Part shown: positions 54,253 to 64,000 of the stretch, in pieces | How positions within the stretch are numbered: position 1 is the first letter of the stretch | How the letters are laid out: each line of letters opens with the position of its first letter | From: Anaeromyxobacteraceae bacterium | Lineage (GTDB): Bacteria > Myxococcota > Myxococcia > Myxococcales > Anaeromyxobacteraceae | Direction of reading: 5' to 3' | Assembly: GCA_032654565.1 (NCBI GenBank) | Contig: JAULAX010000015.1 | Span: forward strand, 800,001-864,000 | Length of the DNA stretch: 64,000 nucleotides | The notes under the pieces: model-generated | The model's input: only the letters and a program-made list of their open reading frames with translations | What the model was told of the DNA's origin: nothing | Database searches by the model: none | Translations under genes and position numbers: made by a program

Positions 54253-55319
54253 GCGGCGGCTCCGGGGGGTGGCGTGGCCGGCGGGGTGGACGGGAGCGGC
54301 GACGGCGGCGTGGCCGGTGAGGCGGCGGCCGGCGGCGCGGCGGGCGGCGGGGCCACAGGCGGCCGGGTCCGCTCCAGCAGCACCCGCCCGAAGGCGATGC
54401 CGTCGGCGCAGGCGCGGCCGTCGGCGGCCAGCCGGGCGAACTTGACCAGATCGGAGGTCTCGCAGAAGGCGCGCACCGGCTCGAGCGGCAGCCGCGGGTC
54501 GGGCTGCCGGGCCAGGGCGGCCAGCAGCTCCTCGGTGGTCAGGTCGAGGGCGTTCAGGCCGGTGACGGCGCCGAGGTAGTCGCGCACCGCCTCGGAGAGC
54601 CGGAACCAGTGCTCGCGGCCGCGCCCCTGCTCGCCGAGCCGCTCCCCCTCCAGCTCGTCGAGCCGGCCGGCGAAGCGAACCTCGGGCGGGATGGGCGGGG
54701 GCGGCGCCTCCCCGGCCCGCCGCCGGGCCTTCCACCAGCGCCAGAGCCGCCAGCCGAGCAGGCCGAGCCCGAGCGCGCCCAGCGCCCACCAGAGCAGCCG
54801 CCAGCTCGGCACCAGCAGCGGCACCGGCGGGGCCGGCGGCTTGAGCTCGAGCTTCTCGGCCGGCACCTGCGGGTCGATGACGCCGTTGCCGGTCAGGTGC
54901 GGGCCGGGGAGGTCGAGGACCCGGGGGCCGTCGGGCGTGGTCACGGAGAGGCGCAGCGGCGGCAGGTCGACCGGCCCCAGCGCCAGCAGCGCCACCCGGA
55001 GCCGGCAGGTGGTGGTGGTCCCGGTGGGCTGGTCGACCCGCTGGCAGCCGAGCGGCTCGGCGCGCCAGGGCCCCTCGGCCAGCGGCGGGCCGAAGTCGTA
55101 GCGCTCGGCCGGGGGGTGGGTGAGCTCGATCTCCCACTCGATGGGCTCGCCCAGCCGGGCCGAAGCCGCCGTGGTCCGGGAGTGGACCTGGCCCGGGGTG
55201 GCCTGCTCCAGCGCGGCGGGCGCGGTCGCCGGCGCGGTCCCAGGCGCGACCGGGGGCGCGGCCACCGGCGGCGCGACGGCGGCGGCCGCCAGCAGCAGGG
55301 CCAGGGCGGCGGCGCTCAT
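54249..55319 (-). CDS. Bat-operon membrane protein (DUF4381-like)
   Basis: Signal, Ig-like domain, TM, LSEAVRDYL..ALDLTTEE..DLVKFA. Confidence 0.78.
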   Translation of the reverse strand: MSAAALALLLAAAAVAPPVAAPPVAPGTAPATAPAALEQATPGQVHSRTTAASARLGEPIEWEIELTHPPAERYDFGPPLAEGPWRAEPLGCQRVDQPTGTTTTCRLRVALLALGPVDLPPLRLSVTTPDGPRVLDLPGPHLTGNGVIDPQVPAEKLELKPPAPPVPLLVPSWRLLWWALGALGLGLLGWRLWRWWKARRRAGEAPPPPIPPEVRFAGRLDELEGERLGEQGRGREHWFRLSEAVRDYLGAVTGLNALDLTTEELLAALARQPDPRLPLEPVRAFCETSDLVKFARLAADGRACADGIAFGRVLLERTRPPVAPPPAAPPAAASPATPPSPLPSTPPATPPPGAAA

Positions 55320-56203
55320 CCCATCCTCCGGGCCCGGGCCTGGAAGAAGGCCAGCAGCGGCCCCACGTAGTCGGCGTCGTCGGCGCGGACCTGGGCGTGG
55401 TCGAGGTCGAGCCGGGCGAAGAGCCGGGTGAGCCGCTGCTCTGCGGCCGCCGCCTCGGCGGTGAGGCGGGCCCGCACCCGGTGGTCGGAGAGGTCGACGC
55501 GCACCGTGGCCCCGGTCTCCGGGTCCTCCAGCAGCGCCAGCCCGGCCGCCGGCAGGGCCCGCTCCAGCCGGTCCTCGATCCGCACCGGCACCAGGTCGTG
55601 CTTGCGGGCGGCGATGCGCAGCGGCAGCTCGAAGCGGGCCTCGTCGTCGAGGAAGTCGGAGAGCACGAAGGCCACGCAGCGCCGGCGCATGGCCCGCCGC
55701 AGCTGGGTGAGCGCGGCGCCCAGGTCGGTGCGCCTGCTGCGCGGCCGGAACTGCAGGATCTCCGAGACCAGCCGCAGGGCGTGGCGCCGCCCCTTGCGCG
55801 GCGGCACGAACTTCTCCACCTCGTCGGTGAAGAGGCAGAGCCCGACCCGGTCGCCGTTCTGCACCGCCGAGAAGGCCAGCAGCGCCGCGATCTCGGCCGC
55901 CACCTCGGCCTTGGTGCGGGCCCCGGAGCCGAAGTCGGTGGAGGCGGAGAGGTCGCAGATCACCATCACCGTCAGCTCGCGCTCCTCGACGAAGCGCTTG
56001 ACGTGGAGCTGGCCGGTGCGGGCCGAGACGTTCCAGTCGATGGCCCGGACCTCGTCGCCGGGCGCGTAGGCGCGCACGTCGTGGAAGTCCATGCCCCGGC
56101 CCTTGAAGACCGAGTGGTACTGGCCACCCAGCGAGTCCTCGACGGCGCGGCGGGTGGTGATCTCGATGCGCCGGATGCGCGCGATGAGGTCGCGGGCGTT
56201 CAT
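55316..56203 (-). CDS. DUF58 / VWA-like MoxR partner
   Basis: YHSVFKGRGMDF, Y.PGDEVRAIDWNVSAR, FVEERELT, LSDF. Confidence 0.93.
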   Translation of the reverse strand: MNARDLIARIRRIEITTRRAVEDSLGGQYHSVFKGRGMDFHDVRAYAPGDEVRAIDWNVSARTGQLHVKRFVEERELTVMVICDLSASTDFGSGARTKAEVAAEIAALLAFSAVQNGDRVGLCLFTDEVEKFVPPRKGRRHALRLVSEILQFRPRSRRTDLGAALTQLRRAMRRRCVAFVLSDFLDDEARFELPLRIAARKHDLVPVRIEDRLERALPAAGLALLEDPETGATVRVDLSDHRVRARLTAEAAAAEQRLTRLFARLDLDHAQVRADDADYVGPLLAFFQARARRMG

Positions 56204-56245
56204 CGGTCGGTGCGCGGGGCGGGGAGCGGACGGCCTCCCCGCCGC

Positions 56246-57235
<990 letters not shown>

Positions 57236-57378
57236 GCACCCTCCACGCGTGGAATCACAGGAACGGGCGAAGATAGCCGCCGCCCGTCCCGGTGAACAGC
57301 CCACCGCCCCCGGCTCTTCCCGGCGGCGTCACCGGCCGGTGGCTTGACCCCGGGGGCGGCCGGGCGGAGAACCGGCGG

Positions 57379-59106
57379 GTGAAGGTCACGGTCCGGCGCG
57401 CCTACGGTGAAGCCACCGCCTTCCTCCGCCACACGCGGCGGCTGGGCTGGGCCGACCTGGCGGTGGTGGCGGCGCTGGGCGGGGTGATCTTCGCCGCCTC
57501 CCGGCTGGCCCACGGGGCGGTGCTGCCCATGCGCCCGGCCGTGGCCATCGACCTCTCCGTCGCGGCGCTGCCCGGCTACACCATCCTCTCGCTGATGCGC
57601 GGCCTGGCGGCGCTGGGGCTGAGCCTGCTCTTCACCCTGGTCTACGGCTACTGGGCGGCCCGCGACGCCCTGGCCGAGCGGGTGCTGGTGCCGCTGCTCG
57701 ACGTGCTGCAGAGCGTCCCGGTGCTCGGCTTCATGCCCGGGCTGGTGCTCTCGCTGGTGGCCCTCTTCCCCGGCTCCAACGTCGGCATCGAGCTGTCGGC
57801 CATCGTCATGATCTTCACCGGCCAGGCCTGGAACATGACCTTCAGCTTCTACCGGTCGGTGCGGTCGGTGCCGCCGGTGCAGCTGGAGGTGGCGGCCCAC
57901 TACCGCTTCGGCTGGTGGCAGCGCTTCACGTGGGTGGAGCTGCCGGCCTCGGTGATCGGCCTGACCTGGAACGCCATGATGTCGATGGCCGGGGGCTGGT
58001 TCTTCCTCATGGTCAGCGAGGCCTTCGTGCTCGGCGACCGCGACTTCCGGCTGCCCGGGCTGGGGGCCTACATGAGCGTGGCGGTGGCGGCCGGGGACGG
58101 CCGGGCCATGCTGGCGGCGGTGGTGGCCATGGTGGTGATGATCGTGGCGCTCGACCAGCTGCTGTGGCGGCCGGTGGTGGTCTGGTCGCAGAAGTTCCGC
58201 CAGGACGAGGGGCAGGGGGGCGAGGCGGCCCGCTCCTGGTTCCTCGACCTGCTGCGCCGCTCGCGGATGCTGCGGCTGCTCCGCACCTGGCTCCGCCGCG
58301 CCCGGCGGCGGGCGCCCCGTCCGCCGCGGCCGCCGGCGCCGGCCCGCCCCCGGATCGGCCGGGTCTCGCGCCTGCTGCCCGTGGCCCTCTTCGGCGGGCT
58401 GCTGGCGCTGCTGGGGCTGGGGGCGCTGGAGCTGGTCCACCTGCTGCGCGAGGTGGCCTGGTCGGTCTGGGCCACCACCCTGGCGGCGGCCGGGGCCACC
58501 CTGGCCCGGGTGCTGGCGGCGGTGGCGCTGGGCACGCTCTGGGCGCTCCCCGCCGGCCTCGCCATCGGCCTCTCGCCGCGCCTCTCCCGGCTGCTCCAGC
58601 CGGTGGTGCAGGTGGTGGCCTCCTTCCCCGCCCCCATGCTCTTCCCGGCGGTGGTGGCGGTGCTGGCCCAGCTCGGCGTCGGCCTCTCCGGCGGCAGCGT
58701 GGTGCTCATGCTGCTCGGCACCCAGTGGTACATCCTCTTCAACGTGGTGGCCGGGGCCATGGCGGTGCCCTCCGACCTGCGCGAGGCGGCCGCCAGCTAC
58801 AAGATCACCGGCTGGCGCCGCTTCAAGCTGCTGCTGCTCCCCTCGGTGCTGCCGTACCTCATCACCGGCTGGGTGACCGCCGCCGGCGGGGCCTGGAACG
58901 CCTCCATCGTCTCCGAGTACGTGGCCTACCGCGGCCAGGTCCTGACCACCTTCGGCCTGGGGGCGCGCATCGGCATGGCCGCCGAGGCCGCCGACTTCCC
59001 GGTGCTGGCCGCCAGCGTGGTGGTGATGTCCGCCGCGGTGGTCCTCTTCAACCGCCTCGTCTGGCGCCCGCTCAACGACTACGCCGAGCGGCGCTTCGCT
59101 CCCTGA
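57379..59106 (+). CDS. NitT/TauT-like ABC permease with two membrane modules
   Basis: LDVLQSVPVLGF, FTGQAWNM, WNAMMSMAGGWFFL..SE, SFPAP, GGAWNASIVSE; start uncertain. Confidence 0.9.
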   Translation: MKVTVRRAYGEATAFLRHTRRLGWADLAVVAALGGVIFAASRLAHGAVLPMRPAVAIDLSVAALPGYTILSLMRGLAALGLSLLFTLVYGYWAARDALAERVLVPLLDVLQSVPVLGFMPGLVLSLVALFPGSNVGIELSAIVMIFTGQAWNMTFSFYRSVRSVPPVQLEVAAHYRFGWWQRFTWVELPASVIGLTWNAMMSMAGGWFFLMVSEAFVLGDRDFRLPGLGAYMSVAVAAGDGRAMLAAVVAMVVMIVALDQLLWRPVVVWSQKFRQDEGQGGEAARSWFLDLLRRSRMLRLLRTWLRRARRRAPRPPRPPAPARPRIGRVSRLLPVALFGGLLALLGLGALELVHLLREVAWSVWATTLAAAGATLARVLAAVALGTLWALPAGLAIGLSPRLSRLLQPVVQVVASFPAPMLFPAVVAVLAQLGVGLSGGSVVLMLLGTQWYILFNVVAGAMAVPSDLREAAASYKITGWRRFKLLLLPSVLPYLITGWVTAAGGAWNASIVSEYVAYRGQVLTTFGLGARIGMAAEAADFPVLAASVVVMSAAVVLFNRLVWRPLNDYAERRFAP

Positions 59107-59117
59107 AGGGAACGCCC

Positions 59118-60434
59118 ATGGCCGACCCCACCGCCGCCCCGCCGCTCTACGCCCTCGAGAAGGTCAGCCACACCTTCGTGCTCCCCTCCGGCCAGCGGCT
59201 CGAGGTGCTGCGCGACGTCTCGGTGGAGATCCGCGAGGGCGAGGTGGTGGCGCTGCTCGGCCCCTCCGGCTGCGGCAAGTCCACCATCCTGCGCATCCTG
59301 GCCGGGCTGATCCAGCCCAGCAGCGGGGCGGTGCGGGTGCGCGGGGCGCCGCTCACCGGCCTGGCGCCGGGGGTGGCCATCGTCTTCCAGGGCTTCGCCC
59401 TCTTCCCCTGGATGACGGTGGTGGAGAACGTCCGGGCGGTGCTGCAGGCGGCCGGGCTGCCGGAGGCGGAGGCGGCGGCGCGCATCGCCGAGGCCGTCCG
59501 CATGGTCAGCCTGACCGGCTTCGAGGAGGCCTACCCGCGCGAGCTGTCGGGGGGGATGAAGCAGCGGGTGGGCATGGCCCGGGCGCTGTCGCTGCGCCCC
59601 GAGGCGCTCTTCATGGACGAGCCCTTCAGCCAGGTGGACGCCCTCACCGCCGAGGCGCTGCGCGCCGAGATCCTCGACATCTGGGCGGCCCACACCCGGA
59701 ACCCGACCTCGCTGCTCCTGGTGTCGCACGACATCAAGGAGGTGGTGACCATGGCCGACCGGATCGTGGTGCTCTCCGCCAACCCGGGGCGGGTGCGGAC
59801 GGTGCTGGAGAACACCCTGCCCAGGCCGCGCGACGCCCGCTCCCCCGAGGTGCTGGCGCTGGTGGACCGGCTGCACGATCTCATCACCGGCCACGAGCTG
59901 CCCGACCTGCCTGACCTGCCCGGGCCGGCCGCGGCCCCGGCGGCGCCGCCGCCCCCGGAGATCCTGCCGGCCGCCAACGTCGCCGAGATCATCGGCCTCA
60001 TCGAGTGGCTCGACGCCCGCGGCGGGCAGGACGACGTCTTCCGCGTCGCCGCCGAGAGCGGCCGCGAGTTCGGCCACCTGCTGCAGGCGGTCAAGGCGGC
60101 CGAGCTGCTCGATCTGGTCGACACCCCGAAGCGGCTGGCGGTGCTCACCGCCGAGGGGAGGGCCTTCGCCGCGGCCGGGCCGGAGGGGCGCCAGCGGCTC
60201 TGGCGGGAGAAGCTGCTGGGGCTCAAGCTCTTCGCCGACGTGCGCGACGCCCTGCGGGAGGCCCCCGGCCACCGGCTGCCGCGCGACTTCGTGCTCGAGA
60301 CCATCGTGCTGCGGATGCCGTCGGAGGACTACCACCGGGTCTTCGACGTCTGGATCGGCTGGGCCCGCTACGGCGACCTCTTCGCCTACGACGGGATCTC
60401 CGGGGCGGTGTCGCTGCAGGACGGGGCGGGGTAG
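59118..60434 (+). CDS. NitT/TauT-like ABC ATPase with C-terminal AAA-associated domain
   Basis: GPSGCGKST, YPRELSGGMKQR, MDEPF, C-terminal W.RY..LFAYD. Confidence 0.93.
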   Translation: MADPTAAPPLYALEKVSHTFVLPSGQRLEVLRDVSVEIREGEVVALLGPSGCGKSTILRILAGLIQPSSGAVRVRGAPLTGLAPGVAIVFQGFALFPWMTVVENVRAVLQAAGLPEAEAAARIAEAVRMVSLTGFEEAYPRELSGGMKQRVGMARALSLRPEALFMDEPFSQVDALTAEALRAEILDIWAAHTRNPTSLLLVSHDIKEVVTMADRIVVLSANPGRVRTVLENTLPRPRDARSPEVLALVDRLHDLITGHELPDLPDLPGPAAAPAAPPPPEILPAANVAEIIGLIEWLDARGGQDDVFRVAAESGREFGHLLQAVKAAELLDLVDTPKRLAVLTAEGRAFAAAGPEGRQRLWREKLLGLKLFADVRDALREAPGHRLPRDFVLETIVLRMPSEDYHRVFDVWIGWARYGDLFAYDGISGAVSLQDGAG

Positions 60435-60474
60435 GGCGCGCCCGTCCCGCCCCGGCGCGGTCCGCCGGACCGCC

Positions 60475-62481
60475 TCAGCCGAACTGCGGCAGGGCGGCGA
60501 TGCGGGCCAGCGCGTCCGGCGGGGCGTCGGGCGGGAAGGGGGCCGAGGAGCGCCCCAGCCGCTTCAGCCAGCGGGCCTGGAGCGGGCGGGCCGGGAGGGC
60601 GGGCGGCAGCGCCGCGGCGGTGGTCTCCTCCTTGGGGCCGGAGGCGTCGCCGTGGCCGACCACGAAGCCGGCCAGCAGCAGCGCCGCGCGGGTGGCGGTG
60701 GCGGTCGAGTAGGTGAAGAGCGTCGCCCCCGGGGCGCAGCGGGCGGCCAGGCGGGAGAAGGCGCCGACGCTCCAGAGCGCCGCGTTCACCTTGGGTGAGA
60801 AGGGATCCCAGAAGACCAGGTCGGCGCGGGCGGTCTCGGCGTCGAGCCGGTCCAGGGCGTCGCCCAGCTCGAGCCGCCAGTCGATCCCCGGCTCCCGGTG
60901 GCGCCCCTGCCCCAGCAGGGCCCGGGCCGCGGCCGCCTCCTCGTCCGTCCAGCCGAGCCGGGCCGCGCCCTCCGGCGACGCCGCCAGGGTGAGGGCGCCC
61001 AGCTCGCGCTCGAAGCTGACCAGGGTGAGCGGCCGCCGCCCTGGCGGCAGGGCCCGGGCGGCCCGCAGCGCCGCCAGGGCGTTGCCGGCCGCCCCCAGGC
61101 CGACGTCGAAGAGGACCAGCGGGAGCCCCCCCGGCTCGGCGAGGCGGGAGGCCAGCCGCGACTGGGCCACGTAGAGCCGCTCCGCCTCGACGGTGGCGCC
61201 GATCACCGGGTGCATCACCTCGCCGGCCTCGGCGTCGCGCATCGACGGCGCCCCGCTCGAGGTGGCCACGATCTCGAAGCGGACCCCCGGGGTGAGCGCG
61301 GTCGGCTCGGGGCGCGGCGGCGCCGGCTGCTCGGCGCGGCGCCCCGGGACCCGGCCGCTGGCGTCGTGCTCGTGCCGGTCGATGCGGGCCAGGGTCTCGC
61401 GCATGAACCGGCCGTAGCTCCCCGCCTCGATGGCGGCGCGGGCGGCGCCCATCAGCGAGAGGTAGTGGTGCAGGTTGTGGATGGAGAGCAGCCGCGGGGC
61501 CAGCGGCTCCTTGCACTTCATCAGGTGGTGCAGGTAGCCGCGGCTGTGGAGCCGGCAGGTGGGGCAGCCACAGTCCGGGTCGAGCGGGGCGTCGGAGCGC
61601 CGGTACTCGGCGCGGGTGAGCCGGACCCGGCCGCTGCCGGTGAAGGCGGTCCCCTGCCAGGCCAGCGTGGTGGGGATGATGCAGTCGAACATGTCGACGC
61701 CGTGGGCGATGGCCTCGAGCAGGTCGGGCGGCGTGCCCACGCCCATCAGGTAGCGCGGCTTGTCGGTGGGGAGCAGGCGGGCGGCGTTCCCCACCACGTC
61801 GAACCGCTCGGCGCGGGTGTCGCCCACCGCCAGTCCGCCGATGGCGAAGCCGTCGAAGGGGTGCTGGGTGAGGAAGCCGGCCGACTCGGCCCGCAGCGCC
61901 GGGGAGAGGCCGCCCTGGACGATGGCGAAGAGGGCCTGCTCGCCGTTGCTGCGGGCGGCCAGGCTGCGCACCGCCCAGCGGTGGGTCCGCTCCATGGCGG
62001 CGCGGATCTCCGCCTCGCCGGCGGTGGAGGAGACGCAGATGTCGAGCACCATCATCACGTCCGAGCCGATGGCCTCCTGCATGGCGATCGAGGTCTCCGG
62101 CGAGAGCCGGTGGTAGCTCTGGTCGATGTAGCTCTGGAAGCGGGCCCCCTCCTCGCTGATGGTCCTGGAGCCGGGGAGCGAGAAGATCTGGAAGCCGCCC
62201 GAGTCGGTGAGGATGGGCCCTTCCCAGCTCATGAAGCGGTGCAGCCCGCCGAAGCCGCGCATGGCCTCGGGGCCGGGGCGGAGCAGCAGGTGGTAGGTGT
62301 TGCCGAGGATGATCTCGACGCCGAGGGCGTCGAGGTCGGCCGGGGTCATGCCGGTCACGGTGCCGCGCGTCCCCACCGGCATGAAGACCGGGGTCTCGAC
62401 GCGCCCGTGAGGCGTGGTGAAGGCGCCGCGGCGGGCGTTGGTCTCGGCGTCGCGGACCCCGGGCTGGAAGCGGAACGGCAT
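60475..62481 (-). CDS. tgt: tRNA-guanine transglycosylase fused to MnmC/MnmD-type SAM methyltransferase
   Basis: TGT: FMPVGT, NTYHL, TDSGGFQ, VQGG, GGLAVG, DMFDC, CGCPTC, HNL; C-terminal: FDVGLG, FWDPFSPKVN..LW, LFTYS, AGF. Confidence 0.92.
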   Translation of the reverse strand: MPFRFQPGVRDAETNARRGAFTTPHGRVETPVFMPVGTRGTVTGMTPADLDALGVEIILGNTYHLLLRPGPEAMRGFGGLHRFMSWEGPILTDSGGFQIFSLPGSRTISEEGARFQSYIDQSYHRLSPETSIAMQEAIGSDVMMVLDICVSSTAGEAEIRAAMERTHRWAVRSLAARSNGEQALFAIVQGGLSPALRAESAGFLTQHPFDGFAIGGLAVGDTRAERFDVVGNAARLLPTDKPRYLMGVGTPPDLLEAIAHGVDMFDCIIPTTLAWQGTAFTGSGRVRLTRAEYRRSDAPLDPDCGCPTCRLHSRGYLHHLMKCKEPLAPRLLSIHNLHHYLSLMGAARAAIEAGSYGRFMRETLARIDRHEHDASGRVPGRRAEQPAPPRPEPTALTPGVRFEIVATSSGAPSMRDAEAGEVMHPVIGATVEAERLYVAQSRLASRLAEPGGLPLVLFDVGLGAAGNALAALRAARALPPGRRPLTLVSFERELGALTLAASPEGAARLGWTDEEAAAARALLGQGRHREPGIDWRLELGDALDRLDAETARADLVFWDPFSPKVNAALWSVGAFSRLAARCAPGATLFTYSTATATRAALLLAGFVVGHGDASGPKEETTAAALPPALPARPLQARWLKRLGRSSAPFPPDAPPDALARIAALPQFG

Positions 62482-62611
62482 GGCGGCGGCCGGTATAGAC
62501 CGGGGAGCCCCGTCTGGTCACGCGGGACGCTGGCCGGCGCCCCCCCGCGGTGCTACGAAATCGGGCCAGGCCTGCCGTCTCCGGGCCGCACCCAGCACCC
62601 GTGGAGTCCCC

Positions 62612-64000
62612 GTGAACCGTGCCCTGCCGCTCGCCGCCCTCCTCACCCTGGCCTGCGCGGCCCGCCCGTCGGCCCCGGTCCCTGCCCCGGCCCCGCCCGC
62701 CGCGGCCGCCCCCGTGGCCTTCGCCCCTCCGCCGGCCCAGCCCGGCATCGACCCCTCGCTGGTGAAGCGCGACGTCGACCCCTGCACCGACTTCTACCAG
62801 TTCGCCTGCGGCGGCTGGCTGGAGCGGACCACCCTGCCGGCCGACCGCTCCACCTGGAGCCGCTCCTTCGACGTCATGGAGGAGGAGAACAGGGCGAAGC
62901 TGCGCGCCCTCCTCGACGCCGCGGTGGCCGGCGGCCCCTCGCCGGAGGACCGCCACGGCCAGCAGGTGGCCGACCTCTACGCCGCCTGCATGGACGAGCC
63001 TGCGGTGGAGAAGGGCGGGCTGATCTCGCTGCTCAAGGCCTGGAACCGGCTCGGCGCCGTCACCGACGGCAAGGGTTTCTCCGCCACCGTCGGCCGGCTC
63101 CACGCCGCCGGGAGCGGCGCCCTCTTCGGCATCGGCACCGTCCAGGACGCCCGCGACGCCACCCAGGTCATCGGCCACATCGGCCAGGGCGGCCTCTCGC
63201 TCCCCGACCGCGAGGCCTACCTGAAGACCGACGCCGCCAGCGCCGCCGTCCGCGCCGACCTGGTCGAGCACATCCGGGCCCAGCTGGCCGCCACCGGCCT
63301 GTCGGCGGGCAAGGCCGCCGGCGACGCCCGGTCCGTCCTCGAGATCGAGACCCGCATCGCCCGGAGCCACTGGAGCGAGGTGGAGGCGCGCGACCCTCAG
63401 CGCACCACCACCCGGCTGGCGCTGGCCGACCTGAAGAAGGCGGCGCCGAGCTTCGACTGGGACGGCTACCTGGCGGCGCTGGGCACCCCCGGCCTGGCCG
63501 CCTTCACCGTCACCGCGCCCCAGGCGCTGGTCGAGCTGGAGCGGCTGCTCCGCTCCACCACCGCCGCCGGCTGGCGCGGCTACCTGCGCTGGCACATGCT
63601 GGCCGAGGCCGCCGAGGCCCGGGCGCTGCCGAGGCGGCTCAGCGACGCCCACTTCTGGTTCCGCGCCAGCCACTTCACCGGCGAGAAGGCCATGCCGGCG
63701 CGCTGGAAGCACTGCGTGGAGCTCACCGACGAGCTGATGGGCGAGGCGCTGGGGCAGGCCTTCGTGCGCCGCCACTTCGGCGGCGACGCCCGGGCCAAGG
63801 CCCTGGCGCTGGTGGGCGGCATCCAGCAGGCCATGGGGCGGCGCATCGACGGCCTCGGCTGGATGGACGAGCCCACCCGGCGCCAGGCCCGCGAGAAGCT
63901 GGCCGCGGTGGAGAACAAGATCGCCTTCCCGGAGCGCTGGCGCAGCTACGACGGCCTGGTGGTGCGGCGCGACGACCTGTCGGCCTCGGTGGAGGCGGCC
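62612..64000 (+). CDS. M13-family metallopeptidase (PepO/neprilysin-like) lipoprotein, truncated by window edge
   Basis: Not in ORF track; from GTG 62612: lipobox TLAC, VDPCTDFYQFACGGW, GGLSLPDR, RWKHCV, WMDEPTR..A.EKL, KIAFP. Confidence 0.93.
   Translation, partial: MNRALPLAALLTLACAARPSAPVPAPAPPAAAAPVAFAPPPAQPGIDPSLVKRDVDPCTDFYQFACGGWLERTTLPADRSTWSRSFDVMEEENRAKLRALLDAAVAGGPSPEDRHGQQVADLYAACMDEPAVEKGGLISLLKAWNRLGAVTDGKGFSATVGRLHAAGSGALFGIGTVQDARDATQVIGHIGQGGLSLPDREAYLKTDAASAAVRADLVEHIRAQLAATGLSAGKAAGDARSVLEIETRIARSHWSEVEARDPQRTTTRLALADLKKAAPSFDWDGYLAALGTPGLAAFTVTAPQALVELERLLRSTTAAGWRGYLRWHMLAEAAEARALPRRLSDAHFWFRASHFTGEKAMPARWKHCVELTDELMGEALGQAFVRRHFGGDARAKALALVGGIQQAMGRRIDGLGWMDEPTRRQAREKLAAVENKIAFPERWRSYDGLVVRRDDLSASVEAA

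Overview
Very GC-rich (roughly 75% by eye) bacterial chromosomal segment. Gene content and style (giant TPR-like protein, MXAN_5808-type S41 peptidase, ECF sigma plus Ser/Thr kinase pair, HEAT lipoprotein next to fmt-rsmB-rpe) point to Myxococcota, Anaeromyxobacter-like; this is inference, no search was run. About 43 genuine CDSs: a TPAT-type TRAP transporter (fused QM, TatT, DctP) with an intact IS630 inserted exactly in the tatT stop codon, msrPQ, a DUF429-like/UDG pair, fmt-rsmB-rpe plus a sensor kinase, an orphan DNA methyltransferase, ddpX, fdhD, an ISNCY-like remnant before a collagen/fibre lipoprotein, queC, a 2887-aa solenoid protein, gshA, a second dctP, a CoA activase, a complete moxR-bat operon, a NitT/TauT-like ABC pair, a TGT fused to an MnmC-type methyltransferase, and a partial M13 peptidase. 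No rRNA, tRNA or CRISPR array was recognised. The most interesting candidate is the TGT-methyltransferase fusion: its catalytic and preQ1-pocket residues are intact but three basic RNA-contact positions are replaced, suggesting an undescribed 7-deazaguanine (possibly N-methyl-preQ1) modification. Most long ORFs in the supplied track are antisense or off-frame shadows caused by GC bias.
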